Assembly (NCBI GenBank): GCA_002633005.1
Contig: NMRA01000075.1
Coordinates: 1-64,000 of the forward strand
Direction: 5' to 3'
Length of the DNA: 64,000 nt
From: Phoronis australis
Taxonomy: Eukaryota; Animalia; Phoronida
Each line of letters begins with the position of its first letter. The stretch's first letter is position 1. Below the pieces are notes generated by a model. That model saw only the letters and a program-made list of their open reading frames with translations, was not told where the DNA came from and searched no databases. Made by a program: the position numbers and the translations under genes. Shown one piece after another: positions 50,201-63,091 of the stretch.

Positions 50201-53200
50201 GCCCATCAGTCTACAGTGTGTTCAAATACCAATAAATTCGTAACAGCGAAATAAAACAACACGTTTTTATAAGAACTTAGTGTATTTTCAAGGGTTTTAC
50301 ATCGATATTTGATGATTTACTGGTGTGAAACGATGAATTCAAGCGATAAGCTGACACCAGTAACCCGTGTTGTGAACTGCTGAACACACTGCGTGTGAAG
50401 CCAATGACGTCATTGGATAATTTCAACACCTCCGTCTGCCGTCAGGTGTCAAGTAACACAACCGAATATGGCGTTATCGAGTAGAACTACTCGATCTAAA
50501 TTGATACAAAATAGGTTGTTTTTGGTGGGATTCTCCTTTAATATTGTTGTAATTCCCAAACACCATAGACGCAGTTTTCACACAAAATGAGTAAATATGA
50601 CGAAACAGGAACACTCTGACGACATCCTCGGCTTATTCGAATGTTCAGTGATGACGTGTCATGGCAGTAGATTACGCAATTTGAACCCGGAAATAAGACT
50701 AGACATGCCCTCACACTGGGTCCAAAGCGTCATAATGACGTCAAAATAGCTATAGCCCCCAGCCCCCTATGGTGCGCCGCCCATGCTAAACATTCCTATA
50801 GGGTAGAATTTCAGAATTACACTGACGGCCAATGCCATTATTTAGCAGACAGACACACTGCACTAGGCAGTGCCCAAAATCAACAAAATAATGGATTTCA
50901 AGGACTCAGAATCGAAAGCTTTTCCAAAGTCCACAAAGACTAACAGAGCAGGCATGTTATGACTTTCTGTGTAGTGCACAATATCGTAAGTAGTTCTGGT
51001 GTTTTCTCTCTTATACAAATCAGTTTGAATTTTGCTAACCAATGGCACTATGGCACTCTTAATAGGCTGAGCCACACAATTCGTCATTACTTTGTAAGTT
51101 GTATCAAATATATTTCTACATGACAGTCTCTATTGGCTGTGCCTAAACAATGACGTATAAGCAGCGTCAATTTTGATCATGCTAAATAATTTAAGACATC
51201 ATTTTTGTCTCGGAGTAACCAAATAGATTATCTACAGTTTAGATGGTGACCACAAAGTAAATGCTTTGGACTACTTTTGGTGGCTCACACCGGTACAGAA
51301 ATTTGATAATTAAAACATTCCAAACTCGAGCTTAATTAATCTTTACGCCAATGTGTTGAACTGAAAGAGAACCTAAAGGCTCCTCTTAAGCTTCAAGCGT
51401 ATGCCATGTTTACCAAACCATGAAGCGACACTGGTGATATCCGTCATTTTTTGACTACTCTTTATTTGAACACAGTTCTTTAATCGTGGCATGAGAACTC
51501 ATTTGATTTTCACGAAATTACCAAGAATTTCTCACATATGTACTTAAAGATTATGAACATTGCTTCAATTTCTTGGAGATATAGGTAAAGACACACTTTT
51601 ACTGTTTGAATAATTTACTGTTTTCTATTCAGGTTCCATGCGAATACAAGTCACTGTAAACCCTATGGGGCATGGAAACGTTTATTAGGCCTATACAAAT
51701 ATCACAACTACGGGAAGGGAATTAATCGGAGTCCCGAAGGTGTCAACTGTTTGAAAAGAGTCTAATGTGCTCTATTAATATTTCATTCTCTAATGTATGT
51801 GTTTTTTGTAAAATCGCCGCCGAGACTATGTTGGATTAAGCAGATACACAAAAGTCATGCTTTGCAGCAAACATTAACTGGTGAAGAGTACTGGTTGACA
51901 TGCTCTAGTTAGCGACAAAAACACGCAGAAAATTAATAAATAAAGTCCAAAGTTTATCGGGTACTAAACAAAGCAGGCGTAAAATTAGCGTCAAATTCGA
52001 ACAAGTTTAATTATTGTGCAAGAAGTGACAGTTAAGCCGTAGTAATTAAATGGTATCCGTTCAGAGAGAAAAACATAGTTCTGCCGTTAACGCTATCGCT
52101 GTTTTTGTTTTTAAAACTCACAAGTTCCATCATGTATCACTAAGTTAGCAACACGTTGGAAAGTACAACCCTATGTCCTTTTGCTTATTATTGCTGTCTA
52201 GTATATTAATATGTAAATTTTGATGTATTGATTTATCGATGTCTACTAGTGTTTAACTCTTAAGAATGTTAAGATCGACGTCATTCAACCATATTACTGC
52301 TGCGCCACCGGAAATCAACTATTGACATGTAAGAATTAATTTCTACATGAACATTGCTTACTTCTTAAAAATCCCGTCACATCAAACATCACAGGATTGT
52401 ATGAATTACTTGTCGTTAAAATCCTTTCGTTGAAGTTTGTTAAGCCACGCGCACACCCCGAGTTATACTGGAAAAAATGTCCCCAGCCATGGAACGTCCC
52501 TACCGCACACCCTACATCTTGTGGCAAACACGGCACAAAAGGATTACACAGAGGTATATATGTATCTGAGCAGGCACCATGTTGGTACATTTAACTACTT
52601 CCGCCTCGTTTGAAGATTATCGTAAGCACTGCGACTTGCGCGAGGGCACGTTCACCTAGAACAGGTGCCACGTTATGTATTAAGTGTAAAGTTGACCCAC
52701 CGCAATTCATTCTATTGATACTGGATTGTTCTATTGTAACTCGTAGTGTGGACACAACTAAAAAGTGTGTCGGTTTTGGCTTATAAAAAGATAATGAAAA
52801 CCACCATTCCATCCAGTTCTCTGAAACAAAATAATGCTACGTAACCTTCAACAACCCTCCGAAATTTGCAGGAAAATTTAAAGAAAATCTTTACACTGTT
52901 TGCTATATGCTTTTAGTTACACGACAACTTCCAGGGATAGCCTACCGACCAAGAACCAGGATACACAGTCTATAGGTGACGCGGAGAGTTTTGAGGCCTG
53001 TTTTTATCACTCAGCTGGGACGCCAACACTTTGCTTCAGCAGGTGACAGGCATAGAGTTGGTCGGAATCGCCAAAACAGGGTTTAGTATCCTTTAATTAA
53101 AGGTTGTTTAGCTGTCACTGTTGAATTCCTAACCGAAGCGCTTTAGGGTTTAAAATAATACCACGGTCATCGCATCTTGACTTTTTGCCGAATGATCGAT

Positions 53201-54945
53201 TAACTTAAATCACAGACAACACGTACATACATAGTTCGACTTTGCAACTTTAGGATTGACCAAACCATGCGCGCACTCGGGGGGNGAGCCCCCCCCCCCA
53301 TTTGGCGAAGAGGGTAAAAAGGTCCGCCTCCGAGAAAACGCGACAAAAGTTCACTAAAAAGGCGCAGACGCACGATTCTCACACATGAAGGTGGTACCCC
53401 GTTTTTTTTTAAATCCTCCCGCTTTTTGTTAGCAAAAGGTCCACTTCGCCAGAAATTCGAGCCCCCTCCCATATTAAAGGCTGGGTGCGCGCTTGTATAC
53501 ACCAATGATTTTTTTCTTGAGTCATTGATGGTTTCGATGTTTTGTTGGTAAGGGATATCATGTCCTATTAGGTTACGGAATATCACGTGACCGGTTTTAT
53601 GAGCTTAAGCTACTTTTCGTTTTTTGCAGCTAAAACTAAGACGAAATGCTAGTAAAAGGCACCAAATATAAAGCGTAGAGCTGCAGTAACGCTAGTGACA
53701 CGGTACTAACGGCTACAGTGTATGTTTATGCGAGAATGCAATTATGTTTGAATACTCTTTTATAACTTCACGGCAAATGTTGGAATAGTCTTCAATAACG
53801 CAAGAGCCAAAAGTAAATTTGAGGCAGCTTTTTATCTCCATCATTTCCGGTTGTTGTACTAATGTTGTTGCTACGTATGAAACGACAACATTTGTCAATC
53901 CATCAACCCGATTGTCTCTACAAGGTAATTTTATGTTGGATGACGACTTTATTTAATACAAATGTCTTGAAAAGAGGGTAGTTTGTCCACGCCACATTTT
54001 AGAATGTAAAAATTTTATTGCCTAAATGAGGTGTAACAAAAAGCGCTTTGTGTGACCACGAAGTACATGTAAATCAACTCTGTGTCAGGGCGACTATTTG
54101 GATTGCGTCGTTCCTTAACAGCGTCTTTTTAACGCATGTGAAATATTCTAAGGCAATTTCTTAATGATCTGGGGTTTTCGAGAGAAAATTTCCAAACCAT
54201 GGTTAGCCTGCGTAAAGCTGGATAGCCTGCACCTACCATCCTCTTGGCTGTCACTAGTCAAAGAGTGGGCTGTGTCCAGATTGCTGGACCCTAGTTTGAC
54301 GAATAAGACTGATAAAATTCAAACCAAATTTTTTTTGCGTGTATTACATTGAAACAAGTCATGATCTTCGATCTCGCTCCAAAAATCCCCGAAATCAATT
54401 GTCTTTTTACATTATCTAATTTAATCGGTGTCCCTAGAAAATAGTCGCCAAGGTCTGCCCACTTTTTTTAAAAAACAGTCCGACATGTTTGTTGAAACAA
54501 TTCAAAATTCGCCATATCTCATAAAATCGTGGGTAACTTCAATTTTAAACAGTTCAAGACCAAACAAAAATAGTCAAAAACAGACAATTAAACAAATTCA
54601 AAATAACATAAGCACCATTACGCGATTCTCTGCTGATGAAAGCATGCACTGTTATCATTTTCTGAGACAACCTACCTCCCTAAACACGTTCCCACAAACG
54701 TTGTGGTCCACGTGGAGTTCCTTGCTTCTGTAGAAGTGAAGGATGCTGTGAAAAGCAAGCGGGTTTCTGTCAAAGAAATATTCGTCTTCCTGGAAGTCAT
54801 AGCTTTCATCGACTTCCTGCATTCGAGCCAGAAGAGCCAGTCTGCTCCCGGGTATCCGTTCCAACGTACTCAACCATGTTTCGTGGCGCGTGCCGCCAAC
54901 GTTCAGGACGATCTTGTGATCGTAACCTGTCTTTCCTTCGTGCAT
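33815..54945 (-). CDS. Shaw: Voltage-gated K+ channel, Shaw/Kv3 family, about 583 aa; exons 54945-54676, 39859-39641, 38964-38385, 37713-37505, 35278-34973 and probably 33982-33815
   Basis: T1 domain (IVLNVGGTRHET, EYFFDRNP, HX5CX20CC Zn motif), S4 RIVRVLRIFKLMKH, pore WWALVTMTTVGYGD, S6 GVLVIAFTVPIVVNNF. Splice phases are consistent. The last two exons are less certain. Confidence 0.92.
34435..34936. mobile_element. MITE in a channel intron
   Basis: TIRs AGGGCCTTTCATA / TATGAAAGGGCCT, flanked by GTCATC on both sides; internal cagtatgaacg repeats. Confidence 0.7.
35468..35535 (-). repeat. tRNA-derived (SINE-head-like) sequence, not a functional tRNA
   Basis: A box TGGTGTAGTGG and B box GGTTCGACTCC at tRNA spacing; acceptor and anticodon stems do not pair well. 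Confidence 0.6.
36082..36245. mobile_element. Palindromic (fold-back) miniature element
   Basis: atagattattacatg...ttatctagagccc..gaggattttggagaat is mirrored by attctccaaaatcctc..gggctctagataa...catgtaataatctat. Confidence 0.85.
36817..36856 (-). ncRNA. Minimal hammerhead-like motif
   Basis: GC-CUGAUGA-U-GUGAC(AUGAA)GUCAC-GAA-AUAU-A-GC: perfect core and helix II, weak helix I. Confidence 0.6.
38078..38346. repeat. Imperfect (GAT)n microsatellite in channel intron 3
   Basis: Direct reading; it explains the poly-I, poly-M and poly-H ORFs. Confidence 0.97.
40320..41221 (-). mobile_element. Penelope-like relic: GIY-YIG C-terminus between inverted ~200-bp pLTR arms
   Basis: Arms 40320-40526 and 41024-41221 are inverted copies, each with a CTGAAGA..GAAA-type motif. 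The interior encodes HRFNVIHKNISDTIGNHFNSKNH and RLKREQYWIDKLNTLEPHRLN. Confidence 0.8.
41225..41292. repeat. (CA)n microsatellite
   Basis: Direct reading. Confidence 0.97.
42520..42816 (-). mobile_element. L1/Tx1-clade LINE ORF2 C-terminal fragment
   Basis: IFWECRSVENFW...ILLALVKQYIY..RC matches the zf-RVT region (HxFWxC..V..FW). Confidence 0.7.
45402..45500 (+). pseudogene. THAP-domain N-terminal fragment (transposon-derived)
   Basis: CCVPGCLNYNQKQRHLIYYEFPKNQEVRKL* follows the THAP CxVxxC...FP pattern. Confidence 0.65.
45945..47265 (+). mobile_element. Non-autonomous Helentron-type (HINE/DINE-1-like) element with internal ~432-bp tandem repeats
   Basis: 5' ACTCTGCGCGTG..GCGCAGAGT hairpin (duplicated), TTC/TTA microsatellite, repeat units at ~46216, 46648 and 47081, 3' subTIR CACGCGCAGAGT, hairpin TTATTGTCACG/CGTGACAATAA, then CTAGT. 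Confidence 0.8.
48838..50537 (+). mobile_element. Kolobok DNA transposon derivative (1.7 kb) with THAP-domain relic at 48998-49288
   Basis: TTAA TSD on both sides; TIRs AGGAGAATGCCACC / GGTGGGATTCTCCT; CIVPACPN...SFFRLP...KWL...RVCGRHF is a THAP zinc finger. Confidence 0.88.
50890..51010 (-). mobile_element. L1-clade RT fragment
   Basis: ENTRTTYDIVHYTE..NMPALLVFVDFGKAFDS resembles the L1 DFEKAFD region. Confidence 0.7.
52808..52960 (+). repeat. Dispersed repeat family (other copies ~34075-34240, ~56340-56510, inverted ~61560-61705)
   Basis: Shared catccagtt(c/t)tctgaaacaaaa...acacg(a/g)caa(c/t)t..ggga..a.cc.cc motifs. Confidence 0.65.
53266..53495. mobile_element. hAT-like MITE
   Basis: Ends CATGCGCGCAC / GTGCGCGCTTG with G/C runs; related aaaaggtcc motifs recur near 61930. 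Confidence 0.5.
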
Positions 54946-56515
54946 CACGACACGGATGTAAAATTATCCAAAGTGTTCGCGGTAGGGAGAGGAGCGGCCA
55001 GTGTCACATTGCGCTATGCAGTTCACGCAACACTTGGAGATATGGACAATTCCACGGCTGTTATATACATTTTAAGGACATCACTATCAGTCACTTCAAA
55101 TACTTCCTTTGGCAATTCGGTTTGTACCAAATAACGTTTGTCTTTGGTGAAAATATAGGCACTGTACTTCGTCTAGGTAATCACTAAAAGTTAACTTTCA
55201 TCCGCTGGAAATACGACGTCCTTTTAATGAATTACAGTGCTGTAAACGGCATTGGCAAATAATGTACACTACGCATCAATACATTCTCGGAACAGAATTT
55301 ACAATTCCGATCGCTTCGCAGTAGCGTTTCTGATATAAAACTTCAGGCACACGCATCCATTCAGTTTTGACTGAAACATTGCCTCCGGATATGTTTCCTA
55401 GTGAATATTTTATAAAGATTGCGTAGATTAAATATAATATCAACGTTGCCATGCGCGTCACTCGTAATTATCATCCGTTCAACCCGATGCCAATACATAC
55501 AAAAGTATAGACGACCATTGTCTAAAATCAAAGATCGATGCGGTTCGAGTTACGCTTTACAAATTTCACAATCGACGGCGGATTTTCCGCTGAGTGTTTG
55601 GATTGCACGTTTGCACAAATATATTGACTTCCGTCTTTAACAGAGCACGTCGAGCATAAACTGCAGGCATTACCTGGGTCTCTAACACTGAGCTTGCTGT
55701 GGTGAAAAATCACAAATCAATAAGCATTGTGTTTCTTCAAGTCTTTTAACATAACGCAGTACCTACATGTAAACCGATAGCTTACTTATTTACATTTAGC
55801 TTGCGACATTCTGTTTAGACTAACAATATCAATTACTTGCAATAACAACGATACCCGTAACAGTCACTGTTCACGTAACAATAAATAAATGTTCATAATC
55901 ATAAAGGTAATTAGCCAATTTCATTAAATGTCATAAGTCGATCGTAGCTGAGACGGTCGCAAGTATGTTAGGGCCGTGCAAACTTAACAGACAGAATCGG
56001 TTTGGTGGCGGAAAGCGCATCTTTGGGGGGATTGCTACGAGACGGAATATCAAGCTTTTGTGATTTATTTCGCTTTGTCTAAATTTACAAAATAACAAAA
56101 CTGTTGTGTTTTGTGATTTTACTACAAATTGCCCTTCTCGTCATTCGCGGAAATCCAGGCGGCAGACTTTATCACTTGAAATACTCGGGTGAGGTTTAGC
56201 TGCACTGGTAAAGTGTAAGACTGCAAGCGCTGTGGTCGTGAGCTTGAAATTCCGTGTGATCTCAGAAACAACTTTCTCGAGAAAGTCCATAACTTTAAAA
56301 GGACGCTAAGCCCTATTGACTGATTTTAAAACCAATCTTCCCATCCAGTTCTCTGAAACAAAACAATACCCTGTGACCCTCGACAACTCTCAAAATTTTG
56401 TAGCTAAATAAGAAAACTTCTACCAAAATCTGCCAATTAGGAAACCGTGGCCTTCGCTTAAGGTGAGTTACACGACAATTGTAGGGAAAAACCACCATCC
56501 AAGAACCATAATATC

Positions 56516-56673
56516 CAGTGGCGGATTTAGAGGGGGACCAAGGGGGCCATGCCCCCTTAAAATTCTCCCAGATTCCATTTGGCAGTTCGGGAGTGCGAAT
56601 TTTTGACTGGCAAAATCGTGGCTAATACTCTGTCCTGCGCCCCCCGCAACTTAGAATCCTGGATCCACCCCTC
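56516..56673. mobile_element. hAT-like MITE with 5-bp TSD ATATC
   Basis: CAGTGGCGGATTTAG / CTGGATCCACCCCTC flanked by ATATC on both sides. Confidence 0.65.
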
Positions 56674-59281
56674 ATATCTAATTTGAGACTCCAGATTTTT
56701 TAGTTGAATCCTGTTGGTTCGTGCTTTTTAACCTACTTTTGCAAATTAAAATCCACTAATGTCAGTTTAAACGGGTGACGAAACGATAATTTTGGATCTA
56801 CATGTAGGTCTCTACTCCAAAGGCATCTTGGGCACTTCTGGTATTGTGGTTACCAAATTTCTCCCGAAGTGTAAGCTAGGTTATCTTCAAAAGTGAGGAC
56901 TTCAGTCGTGCGGCTAGCTATGTGACTTTAGAACTGGAAATGTTTGGCCGTATGTCTGTAATCAGAGGGTTATAACTTTTGAACGAGAATCAAATGCCTA
57001 CGAAACAGACCTACATGAATGTTCCTAAAATAGAATGTAGCGTATACGTTTGTAAGCCCTATCTCCGACAGATTTTAATTACAGAAACTATTTGGTATTT
57101 TGTTGATGCATACCGAATGTCTGTCACGTAAAACCGGAATCTTAATTTGTGTATAAAATAACAGTGTGTGCTTTTGGTCAGAAAACTGTGTTTAAGGTCA
57201 GTGGAGTGTCTTCCATGTTTTCGGTTGCTGATATGGTGAAGGTCAGTGGAAGTGATTCGTATTCCGTCGAAAGACATGATTCGTATCACATTTATCACAA
57301 GCAGGACAGCTTTCTATCACTGTGTTCCGTGACCCTCTGGCCTTGCATCATCGAATGAAGCGACTCTATTTTAGACTGGTTTCGCGTGTTAGAATTTGAA
57401 TGAAATGAGTCTGCACATGCACGTGGCATAATTATTCAGTGTATATGTATATGTGTATGTATACATGATAGTTTTCCCGGATGAATGAATGCCCATGGTT
57501 TCGCACAGTACATATTCGATGGTTCATGCTTTAGGCATTATCAGTAAGTAATTGAAATTCTTGTTTCCCGCGCAAATACAAAGCTCGACATATCGGCAAG
57601 GTTGTAATTAAAAAGAGAAGATATTTTAGGCTTTCTGTTCACTAACGAATGAAAAATTTAGTCACATCACCGATGTTTGATCAATCCAGTTCCGCAGGGA
57701 ATACAGGAAAATAAAACGAATGCATGAACTGATATCACAATCACCAATAGTCGTAAGATGTTTTGGATCGTACTTATTGTTCGAGCGTATAATTCAATGG
57801 TTCTGGCTTATGAATCGAAACTCCTGTGCAAGACTAGCCAACACTCAGCTCAAGCAGAGCTGAAGGTTCATGGAAAAATTTCCCCAGATTCTGGAAAATG
57901 GACATAAATCAGAAGGGTAGAGTAAGGCCGAGCTAGAGTAGAAGGAAACTGCCATGTTGCAGACCTCGACGATCGATCGGGTTCCTTGTGCAAATATCAG
58001 TAACTTGTTGTTTTTAGCTGGTAAACTTGCTGATCCAATATAAAATCTGGGCAAACTAACTGTTGTAACACGTCCATTTTTTCCCGCAATGGCCGCAGAT
58101 GCAGACGGAGCACCTAAACCTATTTGTTGATTCACTCAGGTCCAGTGGAGGTATTCCTAGTTTTTTTGTTGACATAAATTGTTTAACACCAGTCGTCAAC
58201 TATAATATTGTTGCCACTTGCTAGATCACAAACACTTCGGCTTAGCTGTCGTCGGAAGGAGATGGAATGATGATACGAAGGTCATCGTCGAAGTTCAAGT
58301 TGCTTTTGATTGACAATTCTTCCAGATTTTTTTGGCGACACCAAATAAATGTTTCCACGATTATTGTTAGAGAATAAAAAGACCTAAGGCGTTGGGGATT
58401 TTTTATTCCAGGATCAAAGATCACGGTTCGTTTTTATGTACGCCATAATAAAATTCGGTTTAATTTGAATTTTGTCCGTCTTATTCGTCAAACTCGGGTC
58501 GATGGTTGCACTTGATTGACTTCGCTAGTTTTACCAAGTCAACCAGCTAAGACATCTTATTATTTGATAATGACGACTTTCTGCTAACAGACCAATCAGA
58601 TGTCGTACAGCAGGATGGCTCTAATCGGCGGAAACGACAATGTTAATCAAATACAGCTAATTTTATGAACCTCACTTTCTCCCGCTTTTGCAACGAAGAA
58701 ACGATAGGGTCGACTTAAGACTTAAAAATGGGCGGCGACACACAGGGGGCTGGGGAGGCTATAGACCTACCTTTTTTAATGCTGCGCCGCCATTGTTAAA
58801 ACAGAAATTTGGTCTTACGCTCCCACTTTGCAATTGCTAAATATTAAGGTTTAGACAAGTAAATTATGAGCGCATTGCAATCTAGAAATAATTCCTGGGG
58901 ATTATCTCAGTACTTCGTAGTTCTGTTTATATTCTCAGAAACTTTGCACTTTTGCTTAAGTGAGATCACAAACTATAGTAGGGCCTACATGGACCACTGG
59001 CTCCGTATATTTTTATTGGACGAAATCAGTGATCTTACGCCATGACGTCATTTTTCACTAGGGACACCTGGCAGACATGGCACGTTTTACTTCCGGCAAA
59101 GACGTCGTCTGCTAATCATGGTCATTTCGTCGGGATTTGTATCGACGATTTTGTCTAACCCGCATCCGTTTAAATAAATTGAACGCTCGTAGAGCGTTAC
59201 TTTCTTAAATAAAGCTCATATTAATACTCCAGAAATAACCACCAGGCCTTAAAACCCAAAATTTCAAAATAAAAATTTCTG

Positions 59282-59682
59282 GGCCCGGTCTCTAATCTTT
59301 GTACTCGGAACGAACTCGAAACTATTTTTGGCAATTTCTCTGCTCCTTTTGTGCGAACTTAAGATAATTGGTTATCAGACTGTGCTCGAATACATTATAG
59401 TTTATGCATAGGGGTTTCTAGTTCAAGTTTGCTCTTGAAGACCCTTATATTCGTGCTACAAACTCGAGTAAAAACTCGAAATTTCGAGTTCAAACTCGAA
59501 CTTATTGCTTTAATATTGGGTTTACAAACTGTGAACTAAGGGCTATAAATTATCTTCTTAAATTATTGTGTACTCTAGCATGGAATAATAGACACATATC
59601 TTGAGTTCGCCCAAAAGTAGAGTAGAAAATGCCAAACCTAATTTCGAGTTCCATTTCGAGTAAAAAGATTGGAGACTGGGCC
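59282..59682. mobile_element. PIF/Harbinger-type MITE, copy 2
   Basis: TIRs GGCCCGGTCTCTAATCTTT / AAAGATTGGAGACTGGGCC with perfect CTG TSD. Confidence 0.85.
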
Positions 59683-60239
59683 CTGGACTCTACTGTTGGT
59701 TCAGACCTCGAACCGCGTTTCAATGCCGAAGTTATTCTTTTCGTTGTTCTAGATAGTAAAATAGATTGAAGCATTTCCCGTCACAATACACTAACCGGAA
59801 GCTGAGCTTGCCATGTTAACAGGGTGGCGCCTCCTCTAGGATATTTTGCAAGAAAATGTTGGAGTTGACAATCTGTTGCCTATAATATATGAGATTTAAT
59901 TATTTTTCAGAAAGAGCTGTGTGGTGCGTAAGAACAAATTTCTGTCCAAGTCTTGAGTCATTTTTCATGAAACAAACCTCAGACGTTGATTGCAAAACAC
60001 CACATTCGTGACGCACACGCTCCATTTGCTCGATTTTTGGTTTGGTAAGGCGACCTCCTTTGCTAGATGGTGATTAAACTTTGCTGAAGCAAATTTGCTC
60101 AGGCTCTCGAGTGGTGGAAAGTAAATATTCACGTTAAAAAAGGGAAGAAACTTTTGGCAATTTGTTATGAATTGTGAGCAAACGTGTGAAAAGAGCGAAA
60201 TATAGGGATTGGCCAACATATATGGCTCTCTATTTCATG

Positions 60240-60690
60240 GTGTTCAAAGTTGCGCAACGATATCTTCTACACACTCCTCGTTGCACTACATTATTTGCAG
60301 AAGATTCAGTTCGCAATGCCTTACCTCATACCATTAATAACCTTCCTGAAAGTTTTTTTCAAAAAATGTTTACCCATTGGTTATCTTCTGCTATAAAATA
60401 TTCTAGGAACGTTTGCTTTGAAAGTTATGAATTTGAGTGCACTATTCCCAATTGCTTTGTGTGTAAATATTTTGAATAAGCTCTCATATCACCAAGTTTT
60501 GTAATTCTAGTTATCTGTAACAGTGTATTTTTTCTGGTGACTCCGTGGTTAGCGGACGCTTTGTGCCCTTCACGGAGTCTCCATAAGATTTAATTTGTAT
60601 AAATTGTACTTTTTGTCTTAACGTGAATAAACTTGCTGCTGCTGCTGCTGCTGCTGATGGTGGTNGTGCTGCCGCTGCCGCTGCTGCTGC
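60240..60690 (+). mobile_element. 3' end of a CR1/L2-group LINE (Crack/Daphne-like) followed by a (CTG)n tract
   Basis: The ORF ends in CTIPNCFVC; 3' UTR stem GACTCCGTG/CACGGAGTC at 60539-60579; AATAAA then simple repeat. Confidence 0.65.
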
Positions 60691-63091
60691 ATTGCATTGT
60701 TTTCGTAACGCTAGCCAACTTAATTAACTCAATACAGAATGTAGATTTTAATGCCGTATGTTTTGCTCATTTTTTACTCAAATCATTACAAAGCTGTGTA
60801 TGTACACAGCTTTACACCAAGGCTAGACTGCCTGGTACGCAGTGGGCTGATCCTTTTTATAAAATGTCAGTTTACATGGACCAAATTTGCACATTTGAGT
60901 AAATTTACTTATGAACAAAATGTGCACAGGTGTGTAAAAGTAAATTAACTATTCGTCGCTGGATTTGATGTTGTTAAAGTCGGTTAACATTAGTTTGTAC
61001 TGCGACTAACGGCAGGCATCCACTAATAAATTGAATTGGACTAAAAGGCTGCTTTACTAAAACACGAAGCTTACGCAAATGTTGAATACAACGCAAGGTA
61101 AGTTGCCAGGTCATTGCACTTTCAACGCTCTTAACGGTCTTTGTTACATACAAAGTTACTTCAATAACGTAATTAAGCAAAGCTCACTTGTGCGCCTGCT
61201 TAGAATAAATTCAGTTTGAGAAAAACTGAATGACTAACTAGCCTACTGACAATACATTGAAGCCCTCGAATACGGTTACCCAGAGCCTGGTTAAGAAAAT
61301 CACAATGAACACCTACACCTGTAAAGAACATGTGCTCATTTGCACAGCTGACTGGTGGCTAGCGTAAAAAATCAAAATGAACACCAGAGGTCGTCGGGCT
61401 CATGAATGTTTGCTTAAAAGAATTCTGAACCCTGTTTCGATGATTTTCCCCAATCCTCGATCGCTCACTTGCTAATGCATCATTGGCGTCAATCTTCCAA
61501 GTTAAAGACTGAAATCAACAAAAGACTCTAATTCCTTATGGACATAACAGGCGTTGGTGGGTGGTCTTTTCCCACTGTTGCCGTGCAGTTCGCTAAAGGC
61601 GTAGGTCACGCTTGCCCGTTTAGCAGACTTTGAAAGGATTTTTCAAACTTTTGAGGGTTTTCAAAGGTTACAGAGCATTATTTTGTATCAGAGAGCTGGA
61701 TGGGAAAGTCGTTTTTATTATTATTATTATCTGTTAATACATTTAGGCCAAAACGGTATCCTTTTAAGACATAAAACAGAAATTTGGCTTTACGAGACCC
61801 CCCATTGGGCAAAAACCTGCTCCTCAGAGAAACAAAAACTCCGAAAAAAGTAGAGAACGAGACAAAAGTCCACTAAAAGACATTAACTATCAAAATTCGC
61901 TCTGAACATCGCCCGTGAATCATAGTAAAAGGTCCAAATTCTTAAGAATTCGAGCCCCCCCCCCCCTATTTTGTAGGCTGGGTGACTGGCTTAGTTTCCA
62001 GAAGAATTGAACATGCTTCAGAAATTTTAAATCATCAGATTGAGACCCAAAATAGAAAAAATAAGCAAACCCAACATTGTTTGCATGACAGGAAGGTCAG
62101 GTTTAGGAAGGTCAGGTTTGGAAAGGTCAATCTTTTTGCCATGGTGCATATTCTGCAAAAAGCAAAATACTTAGTTTGCTTTGTGTAGGTTTCTTGTTCG
62201 AATGCTCGTCTCCTTGACTTAAAAATGTCTGATTGACCGTGACGACACCGATGTGACAAAATTAATTTTTTACTCAATTTCGTTTTTCGCTTGTCAGGGC
62301 TGAAGGTTAGTATGTACTCAGCTGTTTTATTGGTTTTAAGTAGAGTATTGTGACGGCTAGATCTAAAAGTGCTGGCAGCATTATGGTCGGCATTCACCGG
62401 AATGATGTTAACCAATAGTCGACTGAAGTCGGCGAGCACAAATACCCATAGTTTAATTTAATGCAATTAATTTAATCTAGTGAAACGAACCCACTAAGCA
62501 ACCGCCATTAATATATATAACTCTCCCTTCCTTTCACTGTGAACTACCTTCAGATCACACAATCTGCAAATATGACCAACGTAAATATCACTCTTAACGT
62601 ACGGGACTGTTTCATGCAATCCTAGTGGGATGTGAACTTTTAAAGTGGGTTTAAGGTTTTGTACATGTAGCCGCGAGCTTACTCAGATTTTACAGTCGAA
62701 TTCATAAAGGTGGTTCAAGGTTAAACCTGGTGTGAATTGGAAGAGGCAAGATTTTAAGATAATACACATTTCAAAAGGGTGGTTTACATTTTAGATCAGC
62801 AGTCTAGTAAATCCTGGTTTAACTCTGGTTTTAACCTGGTATAAATCGGTTTTCATGTCATCAAATAGGTCTAAATTCGTTAGGCCTGTATTTTGATACA
62901 GGATCTTGAACTAGAGTAGCGTTCAATAACGCTGGGATCTCGCTAGCAAAACAAGACTTCGCGAAATTACGCGAGATATTGCCGTGTATTCTGAATGAGA
63001 ACACGTGATTTTGGCTAGAATTTCTAGCCGCGAGACAGCTACTGAACTCAAGTTTAACTTTAAGCCTGGTCAGACCCATGTTTGATTATCA

